A DNA stretch of 63,748 nucleotides, filler included, from Octopus bimaculoides (Eukaryota): NCBI RefSeq assembly GCF_001194135.2. It is 5 parts of 4 records of this genome, joined end to end, with 100 filler letters (N's around TTAATTAATTAA, not from the genome) between each part and the next. Parts side by side here need not be neighbours in the genome. Positions count along the whole stretch, not along the records: positions 59,155 to 63,748 come from NC_068996.1; 4 more parts are not named here. One strand, given 5' to 3'. The position numbers and the translations under genes are program-made. Under the pieces are notes generated by a model, which was not told where the DNA came from, made no database searches, and saw only the letters and a list, made by a program, of their open reading frames with translations. Positions 61,031 to 63,748 of this stretch are shown in pieces. The stretch's first letter is position 1; each line of letters starts with the position of its first letter.

Positions 61031-62214
61031 TCGCAATTAGGTACAGAACATAACTTTACATGATGCAAAGTAACAGAAGTAACACAGCATTGTATAATAA
61101 TGTGATTGATTTGTGCAAATACACAATTATAAAGGAATGAAAATAAAAATCAAAGGATAAAACGCAAACAAATAATAAAAATACCAAAAGAAAAAATAAC
61201 AAGAGAATAACTACAAAAAATCGTAACAATAAATAATAAAAGTAACAATAGAACTGAATAATAGGATATAATCGGAATCCTCTCTTTATCCAGTCTAGTG
61301 CTTACCGTGTTGCACATGCGGTCGCCAGATCGTGGGTTCACTTCCCTGGTTGGGCGTCGCGTTGCGTTCTTGCGCAAAACGCTTTATTTTGCGTTATTTC
61401 AGCCCTTCTTTCGATCAGAGGGAATGTTGGCCCGCTCGCCTAGCCAGCGGAGTGGTGTAATTTGAAGGCTAAACCAGTGCAAAATGCATAGTGATCAGCG
61501 ATGCGTAACAACATTCGATAGTCACGTGATCATGTGGTATGTATGGATATAGATCTTCTGTAGACAGAGTAATAAGGAAGCTAAGAACATTACTTCCACT
61601 ATTTGAATTAAGCACATATCATTCCTATTCTCACAGACCATTCTTTATGAGTTCTATCATATCCAATAACTAATCTGATTAATTCTTAATTATCTCGGAA
61701 ATAAACTAAATGTTTTATCGTAAAAATATTTACATCGTATGGCTAATTTTTGTCCTTTATTCAATGATGTCGCCCTCTGAGGTAATTATAAAAACTAACA
61801 TTCAAGGCAAAGTTCGCATCTCGTTCATCCAACGTCGTAAAGTAATGCCCAGTACCATATCGGCCATTCTAAATTATACTTAGTTATGTTATTCCTAAGG
61901 CGCCAAGCTAGGTCACTAAGTAGTGTCAAATTTTCCTTATTTAAATACCTAAATGATGAGACTTGGCTATAGAATCGAAGTTTGAAGGTTGTTGCACAGC
62001 ATCCTACGTAATTGTAAATATTATTATCTGTAACTACCGACCACTTATATACTACGTTCTCCAGGCATTGTTTATTTAACGGATATTTATTCGCTTCACT
62101 ACATTATTATCACTATTTTCGTTGTTAATATTATTATTAAACTTATTATATTAATATTACTATTAATATTATTGTTACTACTATTATTATTATTGTTCTT
62201 CTTATTATTATTTT

Positions 62215-62690
62215 TGAGGCGGCGAGCTGGCAGAAACGTTAGCACGCCGGGCGAAATACTTACCGCTATTCCGTCTGCCGTTACGTTCTGAGTTCAAATT
62301 CCGCCGAGGTCGATTTTGCCTTTCGGGGTCGATTAAATAAGTACCAGTTACGCACTGGGGTCGATGTAATCGACATAATTCCTTGTTTGTCCCATCTATG
62401 TTTAGCCCCTTGTGGGCAATAAAGAAATATAATTATTATTAAACTGCTGGCCTTGTGCCAAAATTTGAAATTATCATTATTATCATTATTATTATTATTA
62501 TTTTCTGTCACTTAGCGGTATTTCGTCTGTCGCTATGTTCTGAGTTCAAATTCCGCCGAGGTCGACTTTGCCTTTCATCCTTTCAGGGTCGATAAATTAA
62601 GTACCAGTTAAGTACTGGGTTGATGTGATCGATTGTCCCCCTCCCCACAAAAATCTAGGCATTGTGTTTATAGCAGAAAGGATTATTATT
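62215..62690 (+). mobile_element. Two adjacent SINE family B copies (62215-62420 and 62510-62690), young
   Basis: GAGGCGGCGAGCTGGCAGAAACGTTAGCACGCCGGGCGAAAT..TTCTGAGTTCAAATTCCGCCGAGGTCGA.TTTGCCTTTC. (ATT)n tails. Confidence 0.85.
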
Positions 62691-62694
62691 ATTA

Positions 62695-62750
<56 letters not shown>

Positions 62751-62981
62751 GCTTCGTGAGAAAGCACCGCTTGCCATCAAAGTGACAATGGGGAACAAAT
62801 ATATGAAGCTCTATCCAGAATCTAGTCTTAAATTTTAGTTAAATAAGGATGTGTACAAGTAATCTTTGTTTTTCATCTAAAACTTGTTTCAGTCNNNNNN
62901 NNNNGTGGAACAGTTTGATTACGGGCATGTAAACAAACCAACACCGACGGTGGTAGGGGGGGTTCAAATACAGAAAGACAG

Positions 62982-63034
<53 letters not shown>

Positions 63035-63039
63035 GTAGG

Positions 63040-63175
63040 ACGGCCTTCTTTGAGATTCACTCAAAAGGAACTAGTCGGCCCGTGGTTTTATAGTAGAGGA
63101 TATCCACGATATCATGCAGCGGAACTGAACGTAAAACCATGTGGCTGCAAAGCAAGTTTCTTAACCACACAGCCT
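63040..63175 (-). mobile_element. SINE family A, 5' half, diverged
   Basis: GCGGAACTGAAC..AAACCATGTGGCTGCAAAGCAAGTTTCTTAACCACACAGCC. Confidence 0.6.
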
Positions 63176-63748
63176 TGGTGTGCTATTAATAAAAAAAATA
63201 ATTCGAAATGCATCTGACGCATTTGATCCCGGGATCTGTAGTTTAGCAGTTAGTACTACTCTGAGACTGTAACCACTGAGTCACATTTCGTCTATACCCT
63301 GCAACCGCACATGACTCTTTTATCTCGTATATCATCTTCAAAATGAAATACATTATGAGATCTGTTTTATGTGATGCTAAGAGAAAGAAAGTTAGCAACG
63401 AAGTTGTACATCCCAGGGGCATTAGTCACAAGTTTGCAATCATCAAGCAGGCTTAAAGCTACAGACTTGATTCTGCTTTCATTACAAGATAAATACATAT
63501 GGTTGAGTGGGTACGATTATTCGTACACACACACATACACACATACACACACATAGACACACACACACGCATAGATACGTGAGTACGTGAGTGTGTGTGT
63601 GTGCTCGCGTGCGTGTGCATAATGAGTATGTATATATATTATATGGTGTATAATTGTTTTGTGTTCATATATTTGTATGTATGTATATAATATATATACA
63701 TATATATAAATATTTATATATATATATACATATATATGTATATATATA

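Overview
AT-rich eukaryotic genomic DNA, dense in microsatellites and SINEs. The repeat families resemble octopus repeats (an inference from memory, not a database hit). The window is not one contig: four identical 100-bp synthetic linkers (44 N + TTAATTAATTAA + 44 N, centred at about 23245, 35150, 50468 and 59105) split it into five segments, and there are many plain N gaps. Segment 1 (1-23194) holds five GT-AG, phase-consistent + strand exons of a tyrosyl-DNA phosphodiesterase 1 (TDP1) gene, 568 codons in total. They encode a very long Ser/Asp-rich N-terminal region, a PBZ poly(ADP-ribose)-binding zinc finger and the start of the catalytic domain. I found neither the start codon nor either HxK catalytic motif in the window. 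The rest is decayed mobile DNA: two RTE-clade LINE families, an Ingi/Vingi-like LINE, a Penelope-like element with a GIY-YIG domain, two DD37D (maT-type) Tc1/mariner copies, several MITEs and foldbacks, and at least five SINE-like families. The most interesting signals are the PBZ/acidic-motif architecture of TDP1, minimal hammerhead-ribozyme motifs on Penelope-type tails, a perfect 154-bp palindrome in a TDP1 intron, a CpG-decay contrast between the TDP1 segment and the others, and a diverged ~500-bp duplication that may be a decayed membrane-protein gene. Most ORFs in the supplied track are microsatellite or N-gap artefacts.
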